From positions 3,168,001-3,232,000 of the forward strand of contig CAXXLQ010000004.1 in assembly GCA_963668695.2 (NCBI GenBank): a stretch of 64,000 bases of DNA, in the 5' to 3' direction. Positions 11,861 to 21,588 of the stretch are shown here, one piece after another. A program made the translations under genes and the position numbers. Numbering within the stretch: position 1 is the first letter of the stretch; each line of letters opens with the position of its first letter. The notes under the pieces are model-generated. The model was given only the letters and a program-made list of their open reading frames with translations, did no database searches and was not told the DNA's origin. Origin of the DNA: Vicinamibacteria bacterium. GTDB taxonomy: Bacteria > Acidobacteriota > Vicinamibacteria > Marinacidobacterales > Marinacidobacteraceae.

Positions 11861-12303
11861 GCCCCCCGTGGGGAAAGCACCCCGCACGATTCCCGGAACG
11901 GTACGGGCAGCGATTCCGGCGACTTGTGCGCGTGCGCGGCGCTTCCCCCACGGGGGGATACCGCGCATCGCTCCGCGATCCGCGCCATCGTCTTCCGTGG
12001 GGCGGGGAAACCCCTCCCCACGCCCCTCCCCCGCGGCGCTCCGCGCCGCGAATGGACCGCACCAGAGTTTCGCCACCGCACACTCCGTGGGAAAAGCACC
12101 CCGCACGATTCCTGGAACGGTACGTGCGGCGATTCCGGCGATTTGTGCGCGTGCGCGGCGCTTTCCCCACAGGGGGATAGCGCGCATCGCTCCGCGATCC
12201 GCGCCATCGTCTTCCGTGGGGAGGGGAGACCCCTCCCCACGCCCGTCCCCCGCAGCGCTGCGCGCCGCGAATGGACCGAACCAGTGTTTCGCCACCGCCT
12301 GTT
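11861..12303 (-). repeat. Two tandem copies of a 219-bp hairpin-rich repeat
   Basis: CCGTGGG.AAAGCACCCCGCACGATT starts at 11866 and 12085; multiple internal inverted repeats. Confidence 0.9.
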
Positions 12304-12329
12304 GGATCCGGAGCCGCGACCGACGGCGG

Positions 12330-12641
12330 TCAGTCCTTCCGAGGGGCAGCTTGCTCCATGCGCTTCACGAAATCAGCGAGCCGGCCCCGCACGGCCTCCA
12401 CCGCCCGCTCGACTTCGTCCGACTTGGCGTCGTTCGCCGCCCGCTGGCGCAGCAACTCATCCCCCATGTTGAGCGCCGCGAGAATCGCGACCTCCTCCTT
12501 TTCAAGCTTCGGCGCCGCCCGCACGATGTCTCCGATGCGCCCGTTCACCAGCCGGGCGACCGCCTCCAGGTCGGCGCCCCCCTCGTCCGAGCGCAAGCGA
12601 TAGGAGCGGCCGGCAACCTCGACTTCGACGATCGCGCTCAT
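12330..12641 (-). CDS. zapA: Cell division protein ZapA
   Basis: VEVEVAGRSYRL, VARLVNGRI, VAILAALNMGDEL. Confidence 0.88.
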   Translation of the reverse strand: MSAIVEVEVAGRSYRLRSDEGGADLEAVARLVNGRIGDIVRAAPKLEKEEVAILAALNMGDELLRQRAANDAKSDEVERAVEAVRGRLADFVKRMEQAAPRKD

Positions 12642-12653
12642 CGCAGACCGACC

Positions 12654-12938
12654 TCAGCGAGAACCCTTTTCGGAGGAATCCCCTGCCCCGGTGACCGCAC
12701 GAAGCGCTTGGCGGATCACCTCGCGTTCCTCACGCAGGATCGCGGTCGCCTGCTCGGCCTGCTTCGCCCGGGTCCTGGCTCCCTGCTCCGCCTCCCGAAC
12801 CGCATCCCGGTCCCGCTGGGCCTCGCGGACGCGCGCATCGGTTTGCTCGGCAATTTGTGCGCAAACCGTCTCGAAAGCGGACGCCGCCCGCTCGATGTCC
12901 GCCAGCAACCCCCGGACGGCGGCTGCGGGATCGGACAT
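12654..12938 (-). CDS. Small coiled-coil protein (ZapB-like by position)
   Basis: Helical, heptad-rich 94 aa ending LREEREVIRQ; directly upstream of zapA. Confidence 0.6.
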   Translation of the reverse strand: MSDPAAAVRGLLADIERAASAFETVCAQIAEQTDARVREAQRDRDAVREAEQGARTRAKQAEQATAILREEREVIRQALRAVTGAGDSSEKGSR

Positions 12939-12971
12939 GGACGGTTTCCGGTTGGGTATCGGTGCCTCTCT

Positions 12972-13346
12972 CTACCCGGGGCTCGCCCCAGCCTGCAGGG
13001 CGCCCCGAGCCCGGTCCACCAGGCATTCGAAGGCCCCCGGGTCGTGCACGGCCAGCTCCGCCAGTTGTTTCCGGTTCACACCCACCTGCGCCAGGTTCAG
13101 CCCGTGGGCGAACTGGGCGTACGGAAGCCCGCGCTCGCGCGATGCCGCGCTGATGCGCGTTATCCAGAGGCGGCGGAAATCACGCTTGCGGGTGCGCCGG
13201 TCGCGGTAGGCGTACGACAGGGCGCGATCCAGGGCCTGCATCGCGTGCCGATAGAGCTTGCCGCGCATCCCGCGGTAGCCTCGGGTCAGTTTGAGAACCC
13301 GCCGGCGGCGATCCCGCCGGTGGGTCCCGCGTTTCACTCGGGACAT
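12972..13346 (-). CDS. rplT: 50S ribosomal protein L20
   Basis: MSRVKRG, YAYRDRRTRKRDFRRLWITRI, NRKQLAELA. Confidence 0.97.
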   Translation of the reverse strand: MSRVKRGTHRRDRRRRVLKLTRGYRGMRGKLYRHAMQALDRALSYAYRDRRTRKRDFRRLWITRISAASRERGLPYAQFAHGLNLAQVGVNRKQLAELAVHDPGAFECLVDRARGALQAGASPG

Positions 13347-13395
13347 CGTGTCTTCTCCAGCTCCCTGCTTCCGGTGGTGGAAGGGACTTCCGCCA

Positions 13396-13590
13396 TCAGC
13401 CGATGATCCGGGAGATCATCTTCGCCTCACCCTCGAACACCCAAGCGCCGCTGCGGAGCCGGCGGCGACGCTTCGCTGACTTCTTGGTGAGGATGTGGCC
13501 GTGGTACGCACACCTGCGGCGCACTCGGCCGCTGGCGGTCTTTTTGAACCGCTTGGCGGCCCCGCGATGGGTTTTCATCTTGATTTTCAT
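13396..13590 (-). CDS. rpmI: 50S ribosomal protein L35
   Basis: [22 protein letters not shown]. Confidence 0.97.
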   Translation of the reverse strand: MKIKMKTHRGAAKRFKKTASGRVRRRCAYHGHILTKKSAKRRRRLRSGAWVFEGEAKMISRIIG

Positions 13591-13618
13591 GGATGGGCTC
13601 CGGAAATCTGTCTGCGGC

Positions 13619-14233
13619 TCAACCGGCCGCGACGCGCTGGGCGCGCCGCGTCCGGGGCGCGTGGGAATCTTCCTCCGACGCTGCTTTTTCGGCGCGCTCG
13701 ACGCGCAGCGCCTCGAGCAGACGGCGGGTTGGAGCGAGGATCATGCTCATCTGGTTTCCGACGATGCTCGATCTGGACTCGACGGTTGCGATCTCGGCAA
13801 GCCGCGCGGTGACGTCATCGAGGATGCGATCTCCCAATTCCCGACGACTCCTCTCGCGCGCCCGCTTGAACCAGATCGTGGCCTTGACCTTGTGACCTTC
13901 ATGGAGGAACCGCTCAATCTGCTTCATCTTGGTCGCGCGGTCGTGCTGTCCGATGATGATGCGGAATTTGACCTCCTTGACCTGGTTCTGTTTCTGGTGG
14001 CTCTTGGAATCTTGGGATTTTTTGCTCTGCTGATACACGAACCGGCCATAGTTCATGATCTTGCAGACCGGAGGGTTCCGATTCGGCACGATCTCGACGA
14101 GATCGAGTCCCCGGTCGGCGGCCAGGCGCCGGGCATCCATCAGGGCCAGATCGCCAAGTTTCTCGCCGCCATCGCCGATCACCAGGACAATGGGAGCTCG
14201 TATTCGGTCGTTTATCCTGAGAGAACTATTGAT
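13619..14233 (-). CDS. infC: Translation initiation factor IF-3 (non-canonical ATC start inferred)
   Basis: [29 protein letters not shown]; strong SD GGAGGTGAT just upstream of an in-frame ATC at 14233. Confidence 0.92.
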   Translation of the reverse strand: MNSSLRINDRIRAPIVLVIGDGGEKLGDLALMDARRLAADRGLDLVEIVPNRNPPVCKIMNYGRFVYQQSKKSQDSKSHQKQNQVKEVKFRIIIGQHDRATKMKQIERFLHEGHKVKATIWFKRARERSRRELGDRILDDVTARLAEIATVESRSSIVGNQMSMILAPTRRLLEALRVERAEKAASEEDSHAPRTRRAQRVAAG

Positions 14234-14328
14234 GGATCACCTCCGCACCGCAGGCGGGTCGGCGGATTATCGCCCCTTCGGGCCCGATTCGCCAGCGCCA
14301 GCCCGCCGCGTTCCGGGTCGCCAGTGGT

Positions 14329-14903
14329 CGGTGGTGGAACCCGGGTGAGCGCCGAGGCCGGTGAGGCGCCCGGCTGACAAGGCGCGTGAGGGAGGAATAC
14401 CCGGTGTATTTCGACCGAAACGCAACGATGAGCGGCGCGAAGCGACGCGGTGAACAGCCGGTGATGGAACCCGCGTGAGCGCCGAGGCCGGCCAGTCCTC
14501 CCGGTGGGGGCGAGGCACCCGGCTGACAAGGCGCGTGAGGGAGGAGCCCCCACCGGGAGAACTGGCCCGGGTGTATTTCGACCGAAACGCAACGATGAGC
14601 GGCGCGCAGCGACGCGGTTCAGCCGGGATGGATCGCCGGCCGAGCCCCCACCGGGAGAACTGGGCCACGTGGGTTTCATCACCGGTTGTTTGGCCGGGAT
14701 GGATCGCCGGCCGAGCCCCCACCGGGAGAACTGGGCCACGTGGGTTTCATCACCGGTTGTTTGGCCGGGATGGATCGCCGGCCGAGCCCCCACCGGGAGA
14801 ACTGGGCCGCGCGGGTTTCATCACAGGCTGTTTGGCCGGGATGGATCGCCGGCCGAGCCCCCACCGGGAGAACTGGGCCGCCTGGGTTCCACCACCGGCT
14901 GCT
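14329..14903 (+). mobile_element. MITE-like element cluster M2 between thrS and infC
   Basis: Two cores plus a 71-bp-period right-arm repeat; ends CCACCACCGGCTGCT; left end degenerate. Confidence 0.8.
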
Positions 14904-14910
14904 CGGCCGC

Positions 14911-16815
14911 TCACGGGGTGAGCGACCTGTTCTTTGTGAGTTCCCCTAGCCGGTCGGCAAGGGCGGCGGTCGTCAGGATTTCCTGGCCCCGTTTACCCCG
15001 GGTGCGCACCGCCAGAGTGTCTTCTTCCACTTCGCGGTCGCCGAGCACCACCATGAACGGAATCCGCACCACTTCTGCTTGGCGGATCTTGTAGCCCATC
15101 TTCTCCCGGCGGTCGTCAACGGCGATCCGGAAGCCCTGGGCCCGGAGCGCGTCGGCTACTTCCGCCGCCGCCGCCTGATGCCGATCGGCAATTGGAATCA
15201 GCATTGCCTGGACCGGCGCGATCCAGACCGGGAGGGCTCCCGCGGTGTGCTCGAGGAGGAGCGCAAAGAAGCGTTCCACGGAACCCAGGATGGCTCGATG
15301 AATCACCACCGGGCGCTCCCGCCCGCCGTCTTCGGTCGCGTAGTACAGATCGAAAGCCGGAGCCTGGGAGAAATCGAGCTGGATGGTGGCGCACTGGTGG
15401 CTGCGGCGCAGGGCGTCACGGACATGGAAGTCGATCTTGGGGCCGTAGAACGCGCCATCTCCCGAGTTCACCAACCAGGCATCTCCGGACTCGGTGAGGG
15501 CTTCCACCAGCGCCGCTTCCGCCTGTTCCCAGGTCTCGGACGTACCGACCGATTTTTCGGGTCGGGTCGACACCTCGATCTGGATGTCCTCAAAGCCGAA
15601 CTCGCCGTAGACCTCCTTCACGAGATCCACCAGTGCCACGACCTCCGCCTTTACCTGGTCGAGCCGGCAGTAGATGTGGGCGTCGTCCTGGGTGAAGGCG
15701 CGCACCCGGGTGAGGCCCGAGAGAACGCCCGAGGGTTCGAAACGATGGCAGTGGCCGAACTCCGAAAGGCGGAGCGGCAGATCGCGGTACGAACGGATGT
15801 CGGAGCGGTAGACGAGCGCCGCACCCGGACAGTTCATCGGTTTGATTCCGAAACGGTTCTCGTCCGACTCGATGAAAAACATGTTGTCTCGATAGTGATC
15901 GAGATGGCCGCTGCGAGCCCAGACCGACTCATTCAGGATCAACGGAGTGCGGATCTCCTCGTAGGAACGCCGTTCCAGCTTTTCGCGCATGGAATCGAGC
16001 AGCCGGTTCACCACTCCCATCCCCGCGGGGAGCCAGAACACCTGACCGGGAGCCTCCGGGAGGATCAGGAAGAGGCGCTGATCGCGACCGATCCGGCGGT
16101 GATCGCGCCGTTTCGCCTCCTCCAGGCGAGCAAGGTGGGCCGCCATCTCCTTCCTGTCGGTGAAGCTCGTGGCGTAGATCCGCTGCATCGGAATCCCGCT
16201 CGAGTCTCCTTTCCAGTAGGCGTTCGAACTCGACAGCACCTTCAGGGCCCGAATCACCCCGGTGTGCGGCACATGGGGCCCCTCGCAAAAATCAAAGAAA
16301 TTCCCGACCCGATAACACGAAACCCGCGCATCTCCCTTTTCGCGGACGAGCTCTACCTTGAAGAGCTCCCCCTGTTCCTCGAAGACGCGAATGGCGTCGT
16401 CCTTGTCGAGGATTTCGCGCTCGAACGGGATGCGCTGTTTGACCAACTCGCGCATCCGCACCTCGATGCGGTCGAGGTCCTCGCGGGAGAAAGGCTCTTC
16501 GACCCGGAAGTCATAGTAGAACCCGCCCTCTATCGGCGGGCCGATTCCATAGCGCGCCTCGGGAAACAGATCCTTTACCGCAGCGGCGAGAAGGTGCGCC
16601 GAACTGTGGCGAAACACATGGAGCCCGTCGGCATCTGCAGGCGTAAGGAACCGCACGTCGGCGTCGGCCTCGGGACAGTAGGCGAGATCCACTTCCCGCC
16701 CATCCAGGATGGCGGCGACGGCGCCAGCGGGAGCGACGCCGGCAAGGGGATCCCCAGCCGGGAGAGACACCTCGCCGCGTTCGGCGAGGCGGATTCGGAT
16801 GGAAGGAGAAGGCAC
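14911..16815 (-). CDS. thrS: Threonine--tRNA ligase
   Basis: RHSSAHLLA, DFCEGPHVP, KRRDHRRIG, KPMNCP, RVRAFTQDDAH, GAFYGPKID. Confidence 0.98.
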   Translation of the reverse strand: MPSPSIRIRLAERGEVSLPAGDPLAGVAPAGAVAAILDGREVDLAYCPEADADVRFLTPADADGLHVFRHSSAHLLAAAVKDLFPEARYGIGPPIEGGFYYDFRVEEPFSREDLDRIEVRMRELVKQRIPFEREILDKDDAIRVFEEQGELFKVELVREKGDARVSCYRVGNFFDFCEGPHVPHTGVIRALKVLSSSNAYWKGDSSGIPMQRIYATSFTDRKEMAAHLARLEEAKRRDHRRIGRDQRLFLILPEAPGQVFWLPAGMGVVNRLLDSMREKLERRSYEEIRTPLILNESVWARSGHLDHYRDNMFFIESDENRFGIKPMNCPGAALVYRSDIRSYRDLPLRLSEFGHCHRFEPSGVLSGLTRVRAFTQDDAHIYCRLDQVKAEVVALVDLVKEVYGEFGFEDIQIEVSTRPEKSVGTSETWEQAEAALVEALTESGDAWLVNSGDGAFYGPKIDFHVRDALRRSHQCATIQLDFSQAPAFDLYYATEDGGRERPVVIHRAILGSVERFFALLLEHTAGALPVWIAPVQAMLIPIADRHQAAAAEVADALRAQGFRIAVDDRREKMGYKIRQAEVVRIPFMVVLGDREVEEDTLAVRTRGKRGQEILTTAALADRLGELTKNRSLTP

Positions 16816-16960
16816 TCTGTCTTTTTATCCCGGCGCGGGACGCCGCACAAGGCCCGACCCGTCGTTGCCCGTCGTGGTTTCGCATGAACCGCGGCCGGCT
16901 GGCACGCGAAGAACCGGACCGGACTCTTCGCGGGTCTTTGGCACCCCGGGAAAGGAGGAA

Positions 16961-17035
16961 TGGTAGGCGCGGGCGGATTTGAACCGCCGACTTCTACCGT
17001 GTCAAGGTAGCGCTCTCCCCCTGAGCTACGCGCCT
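16961..17035 (-). tRNA. tRNA-Val (GAC)
   Basis: Reverse complement AGGCGCGTAGCTCAGGGGGAGAGCGCTACCTTGACACGGTAGAAGTCGGCGGTTCAAATCCGCCCGCGCCTACCA: cloverleaf, TTC T-loop, encoded CCA. Confidence 0.96.
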
Positions 17036-17053
17036 GCCCGGGAAGCAGAAATT

Positions 17054-17307
17054 TAGCAGCCTGTGCACAAGATCACGCGGCCCAGTTTGGGGCCCCGGCC
17101 GGCGATGCATCCCGGCTGAAACGATCCGCTTGGCGTCTCTCGTCGTTGCGCTTCGGTCGAAATACACCAGGGCCGGTTCTCCCGGTGGGGGCTCCTCCCG
17201 CGCGCGCGTTGTCAGCCGGGCCCCCACCGGGAGGACTAGCCCCACCGGGAGAACTGGGCCTCGCCCGCCAACCTCGGCGCTCACGTCACCTGGTCCACCG
17301 GCCGCTG
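17054..17307 (-). mobile_element. MITE-like element M3 (degenerate; the only full cluster in inverted orientation)
   Basis: TAGCAGCCTGTG end; core appears as the reverse complement CGTTGCGCTTCGGTCGAAATACAC...TTGTCAGCCGGG. Confidence 0.75.
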
Positions 17308-17395
17308 ACGATTCCCACCCACCCAAGAACGACTTTTCCACATTCCGGCCTGAGGTGGGAAAGCAGCGGCCGAATTTCCGTCTACTCATTACAGA

Positions 17396-20300
17396 GTGTC
17401 CCCGACATCTGCACCCCACCCGAATCCGCGCCCGGTGCGGAATCCGATCCCCGGCCTGCTGCCGCTTCTCCGCCGGCAGGGACGGATCCCGGCGTCCATG
17501 GCGGAGCGCACCGCCGCCATCGAAAGACTGTCTTCCGCGCGGCAGGAGGCGGCCCTGCTCGCCGACGGGATCGTCTCCGAAGAGGACATAGCCCAAGCAG
17601 TCGCCCAGGATGCCGGGCTCCCTTTCCAGGTGATCAACCCCCTGGACCTCAACTCGGAGGTGGTCACCGACGCCCTGCCCGCTCCTTTCGCGCGCCGGAA
17701 CACGATCTGCGCCCTCTCGAAGGAAGGCGACACGCTGACCGTCGCAGTCGCCAACCCCTTCGACCGCGGCGCGATCGCGGATCTCCGGCGGTATCTGGGA
17801 GTAAGGGTCAACGTGGTGGTGGCCACCCGCTCCGACATAGAGGGAATCAACGGGAGTCTCTACAACCTTCGCACCTCGCTCCGGGCTGCCGAAACCGAGT
17901 TGACCCACGAACACGGCGCGGCTTCCCAACTGGGGACCCAGGAGTTCGCTTCGGAATCCGTGGACGCCGGAGACCTGGAGCCAACCACCCGGCCGGTCGT
18001 GGCGGCGCTCGACAGCATCCTCCGCCAGGCGTTCGAGCAGCGCGCTTCGGACATCCACCTTGAGCCGAAGCGCGACCGGGCAGTCGTGCGGTTTCGGGTG
18101 GACGGCGTCCTGCGCACGATGCACACCTTCCCTCGCATCGTCTATCAGGCGGTGGTGAGTCGTCTCAAGATGCTCAGCGGACTCGACATCGCCGAAAAGC
18201 GCCGGCCTCAGGATGGCCGCTTCAAGCGGATCGAGCCCGACAAGGAAATCGAGCTGCGGATCTCGACACTCCCCACCGTCTTCGGCGAGAAGGCGGTACT
18301 CCGGGTGTTCGACCCGGCGGCGCTCGTTTCCTCCCTGGAGCAACTGAAACTGACCGAAGACGACGAAACCCGGCTGCGCCAAATCCTGGGCCGCCGCGAG
18401 GGTCTCGTGCTGGTCACCGGTCCCACCGGGAGCGGCAAGACCACAACGCTCTACTCGGTGCTCCGTCACCTCGCGACTCCCGAAGTCAACGTCGTCACCA
18501 TCGAGGATCCGGTGGAACTGATCTATCCGCCGCTCAGCCAGGTTCAGGTGAATCCGCGCATCCGCCTCACCTTCGCGGCCTGCATCCGCAGCGTGCTCCG
18601 GCAGGATCCCGACATCGTGATGGTGGGCGAGATTCGGGACCGGGAGACCGCCGAGATGGCAGTGCAGGCGGCCCTGACCGGGCATCTGGTTCTCTCCACG
18701 CTACACACCAACGACGCTCCCGGAGCGATGACCCGGCTCGCCGATCTCGGAGTGCCCCGGTTTCTGATCGGGAGCACCCTGGTGGGCGTGGTAGCCCAGC
18801 GTCTCGTGCGCACCATTTGCAGTGGTTGTACTCGCGAGACGCGGGTGTCGGCCGAAGAGGCCCGCACCCTGCTGGCCCCGCAAATCCGGGGGCGGCTCGT
18901 CCGGCAGGGACGCGGCTGCGCGCGCTGCCGGGACACCGGCTACCGGGGTCGCAGGGGTATCTTCGAGATCCTCACCATCGACTCCGAAGCCGCGGCCGAC
19001 ATCCTCGGCGGCTGCACGGCCGAGCACCTGGCGCGCTCCGCCCGCCGGCGGGGCATCCCGGATTTGCGCCAGGCTGCGGTGGGTCGACTCCTCGAAGGCG
19101 ACACTACGGTCGCGGAGGTGATCCGGGTGACCGGGGTGGGTCAAATCCCGCGCTCGGCCGAGGCACCGCCGCGTGGGGCCGCGGCGGACCGCAGGGGCGA
19201 CGCGCTCTCAGTCGCCCAGGGCGCGGCTGATCACGAGGAGCAGCCCCGGGATCCCGTAGAACGCCACGATCACGTAGCCGACCGCCACGGCCCGGTTCGC
19301 CACAGCGATCTCCGCGAGGCGGCGCGCGACCGCCAACGGGATTTCCCGGATCCTGGGAACCGGGTAGATGAGCAAAATCCCGACCAGGTTGAAGAGGAGG
19401 TGCACCACCGCCAACTGGAATCCCCAGTGGGCATTGGGGCCGGAAACCGCGAGAGCTGCCAGGAAGGCGGTGAGTGTCGTTCCGACGTTTGCGCCCAGGG
19501 TGACCGGGAAAGCGTCATCAAGGAGCAAGAGCCCCGCCCCGGCGAGGGGGACCAGCATCGAGGTGGTTATCGAACTGGATTGGACCAGAACCGTGACGAG
19601 CGCTCCCACCCCCATGGCCGCAAGCGCGTGGCTGCCGAGCACCCGGTGCATGACGGCCTCGCCCCGACCCGCGGAAAGGCTCTTGAGGGTGCGAACCAGC
19701 AATCCGAGGGCGACCACGAGCAGCACCACCGAGACGATGGCCAGGATGGCGGCAGCCGCCTGATCCGAACCGGTGACGACGCCGGCGAACCACTCGATCG
19801 GCCTCGGAACCAGTTGAATGACACCCTTGAGCGGGCTCTCATAGTCGATTCCGTGGCCCAGTGCCCCTCCGAAGATCCCCGACACCGCACCGGACAGGCG
19901 CACCAGGAAACCGGTGGCCATCTCGAGCGGCAGCAGGATGCCCACCGCCATCAGATTGAACAAGTCGTGGCAGGTCGCCACGGCAAAGGCCCGCCGCAGT
20001 TCCTGGCCGACTCTCAGGTGTCCGAGGGCGGCGATCGTGTTCGTGACCGTGGTCCCGATGTTGGCGCCCATCACCATGGGGATGGCGCTCTCGAACGGCA
20101 ACGGGGACTCGGGAGCAGCCACCAAACCGACGATGAGGGAACTGGTCACCGAGGAACTCTGCACCAGGGTAGTGGCCAGAATTCCGATGAGGAGGCCGAC
20201 GAGGGGGTTCTCCGAAGCCTGGAAAAAGCTGTCGAGGAGCCCGGACCCGAGGCCCTCGAAACCCTCCCCCAAGCCGTCAATCGCTCCGAGAAAGAGGATG

Positions 20301-20563
20301 AAGAGCAGAATCAGGCCGACGAATCGGGAGACCTGGCCGGACACGCTCCTACCGGATTCGCGGCCCGACATCCCCGGCTCCCGCGCGCGGTCTATACCGA
20401 GTCCGGCCCCGCGGACCAGAGCGTCAGCGACAGGAAGACCGAAGGGAAGAACGACCGACGCCGGAAGACTGGGAAGGCGGGTGAAGAGGAGTTGTCGGAG
20501 CGGCCGCGCTCGAACCGCGTATGTGCCTCCAACATGAGGCGCCATGTTGTTCCTCCCGCATGA
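17396..20563 (+). CDS. GspE/PilB family secretion ATPase; homology ends near 19140 and the ORF runs on antisense to the next gene
   Basis: ASDIHLEP, RPQDGR, Walker A GPTGSGKTTT, LRQDPDIVMVGEIRD, TGHLVLSTLHTN, CxxC...CxxC, EVIRVT. Confidence 0.8.
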   Translation: MSPTSAPHPNPRPVRNPIPGLLPLLRRQGRIPASMAERTAAIERLSSARQEAALLADGIVSEEDIAQAVAQDAGLPFQVINPLDLNSEVVTDALPAPFARRNTICALSKEGDTLTVAVANPFDRGAIADLRRYLGVRVNVVVATRSDIEGINGSLYNLRTSLRAAETELTHEHGAASQLGTQEFASESVDAGDLEPTTRPVVAALDSILRQAFEQRASDIHLEPKRDRAVVRFRVDGVLRTMHTFPRIVYQAVVSRLKMLSGLDIAEKRRPQDGRFKRIEPDKEIELRISTLPTVFGEKAVLRVFDPAALVSSLEQLKLTEDDETRLRQILGRREGLVLVTGPTGSGKTTTLYSVLRHLATPEVNVVTIEDPVELIYPPLSQVQVNPRIRLTFAACIRSVLRQDPDIVMVGEIRDRETAEMAVQAALTGHLVLSTLHTNDAPGAMTRLADLGVPRFLIGSTLVGVVAQRLVRTICSGCTRETRVSAEEARTLLAPQIRGRLVRQGRGCARCRDTGYRGRRGIFEILTIDSEAAADILGGCTAEHLARSARRRGIPDLRQAAVGRLLEGDTTVAEVIRVTGVGQIPRSAEAPPRGAAADRRGDALSVAQGAADHEEQPRDPVERHDHVADRHGPVRHSDLREAARDRQRDFPDPGNRVDEQNPDQVEEEVHHRQLESPVGIGAGNRESCQEGGECRSDVCAQGDRESVIKEQEPRPGEGDQHRGGYRTGLDQNRDERSHPHGRKRVAAEHPVHDGLAPTRGKALEGANQQSEGDHEQHHRDDGQDGGSRLIRTGDDAGEPLDRPRNQLNDTLERALIVDSVAQCPSEDPRHRTGQAHQETGGHLERQQDAHRHQIEQVVAGRHGKGPPQFLADSQVSEGGDRVRDRGPDVGAHHHGDGALERQRGLGSSHQTDDEGTGHRGTLHQGSGQNSDEEADEGVLRSLEKAVEEPGPEALETLPQAVNRSEKEDEEQNQADESGDLAGHAPTGFAARHPRLPRAVYTESGPADQSVSDRKTEGKNDRRRKTGKAGEEELSERPRSNRVCASNMRRHVVPPA
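19208..20371 (-). CDS. Na+/phosphate cotransporter (NptA/SLC34 family)
   Basis: Two QSSS repeats (LVQSSSVTSS, LVQSSSITTS) with GANIGTT / GANVGTT; start chosen by SD. Confidence 0.9.
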   Translation of the reverse strand: MSGRESGRSVSGQVSRFVGLILLFILFLGAIDGLGEGFEGLGSGLLDSFFQASENPLVGLLIGILATTLVQSSSVTSSLIVGLVAAPESPLPFESAIPMVMGANIGTTVTNTIAALGHLRVGQELRRAFAVATCHDLFNLMAVGILLPLEMATGFLVRLSGAVSGIFGGALGHGIDYESPLKGVIQLVPRPIEWFAGVVTGSDQAAAAILAIVSVVLLVVALGLLVRTLKSLSAGRGEAVMHRVLGSHALAAMGVGALVTVLVQSSSITTSMLVPLAGAGLLLLDDAFPVTLGANVGTTLTAFLAALAVSGPNAHWGFQLAVVHLLFNLVGILLIYPVPRIREIPLAVARRLAEIAVANRAVAVGYVIVAFYGIPGLLLVISRALGD

Positions 20564-20570
20564 CGGGTCC

Positions 20571-20640
20571 TTGAACCATTCGTGAAACAAAGTTCAAGAT
20601 CGAGTGAATATTCAGGGACTCAAAATGAATTCAATGTGAA
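20571..20640 (-). promoter_or_regulatory. Putative PHO-box-like array of ~11-bp-spaced direct repeats
   Basis: + strand (G/T/A)TGAA at 20571, 20582, 20604, 20625, 20636, with degenerate units at 20593 and 20614; AT-rich patch upstream of the Pi transporter. Confidence 0.5.
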
Positions 20641-20697
20641 CGCAGATTTGCGCAACGTTACGGCTTCGAAAATCCGCGTGCCCGCGACCCCGAGCGT

Positions 20698-21588
20698 TAA
20701 CAGCCTGTGGTGAAACCCACGTGAGCGCCGAGACCGGCGAGGCGCCCGGCTGACAAGGCGCGTGAGGGAGGAGCCCCCACCGGGAGAACTGGCCCGGGTG
20801 TATTTCGACCGAAACGCAACGATGAGCGGCGCGCAGCGACGCGGTTCAGTCGGGATGGATCGCCGGTCGAACGCCGTGTGGGTTTTGCCACAGGCTGTTA
20901 ACAGCCTGTGGTGGAACCCGGGTGAGCGCCGAGGCTGGCCAGTTCTCCCGGTGGGGGCGAGGCGCCCGGCTGACAAGGCGCGTGAGGGAGGAATACCTGG
21001 TGTATTTCGACCGAAACGCAACGACGAGCGGCGCGCAGCGACGCGGTTAACAGCCTGTGGTGGAACCCGCGGGAGCGCCGAGGCCGGCGAGGCCCAGTTC
21101 TCCCGGTGGGGCCAGTTCTCCCGGTGGGGGCCCGGCTGACAAGGCGCGTGAGGGAGGAGCCCCCACCGGGAGAACTGGCCCGGGTGTATTGCGACCGAAA
21201 CGCAACGATGAGCGGCGCGCAGCGACGCGGTTCAGCCGGGATGGATCGCCGGCCGAGCCCCCACCGGGAGAACTGGGCCGCGTGGGTTTCATCACCGGTT
21301 GTTTGGCCGGGATGGATCGCCGGCCGAACCCCCACCGGGAGAACTGGGCCGCGCGGGTTTCATTACAGGCTGTTCAGCCGGGATGGATCGCCGGCCGAGC
21401 CCCCACCGGGAGAACTGGGCCGCGCGGGTTTCATCACAGGCTGTTCAGCCGGGATGGATCGCCGGCCGAACCCCCACCGGGAGAACTGGGCCGCGCGGGT
21501 TTCATCACAGGCTGTTTGGCCGGGATGGATCGCCGGCCGAACCACCACCGGGAGAACTGGGCCGCGCGGATTCCACCACCGGCTGTCA
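20698..21588 (+). mobile_element. MITE-like element cluster M4 (two elements joined at TTAA near 20898, expanded right arm)
   Basis: TAACAGCCTGTGG left end, internal CAGGCTGTTAACAGCCTG junction, 71-bp-period repeats; right end overlaps the degP stop codon. Confidence 0.85.

Noticed and set aside
11868-13406. 512-aa + strand ORF
   Set aside because: Made of the 219-bp repeat plus the antisense of zapA and rplT; no recognisable domain
16961-17400. tRNA-Val as an island integration site
   Set aside because: No integrase and no duplicated tRNA 3' end seen; thrS follows directly
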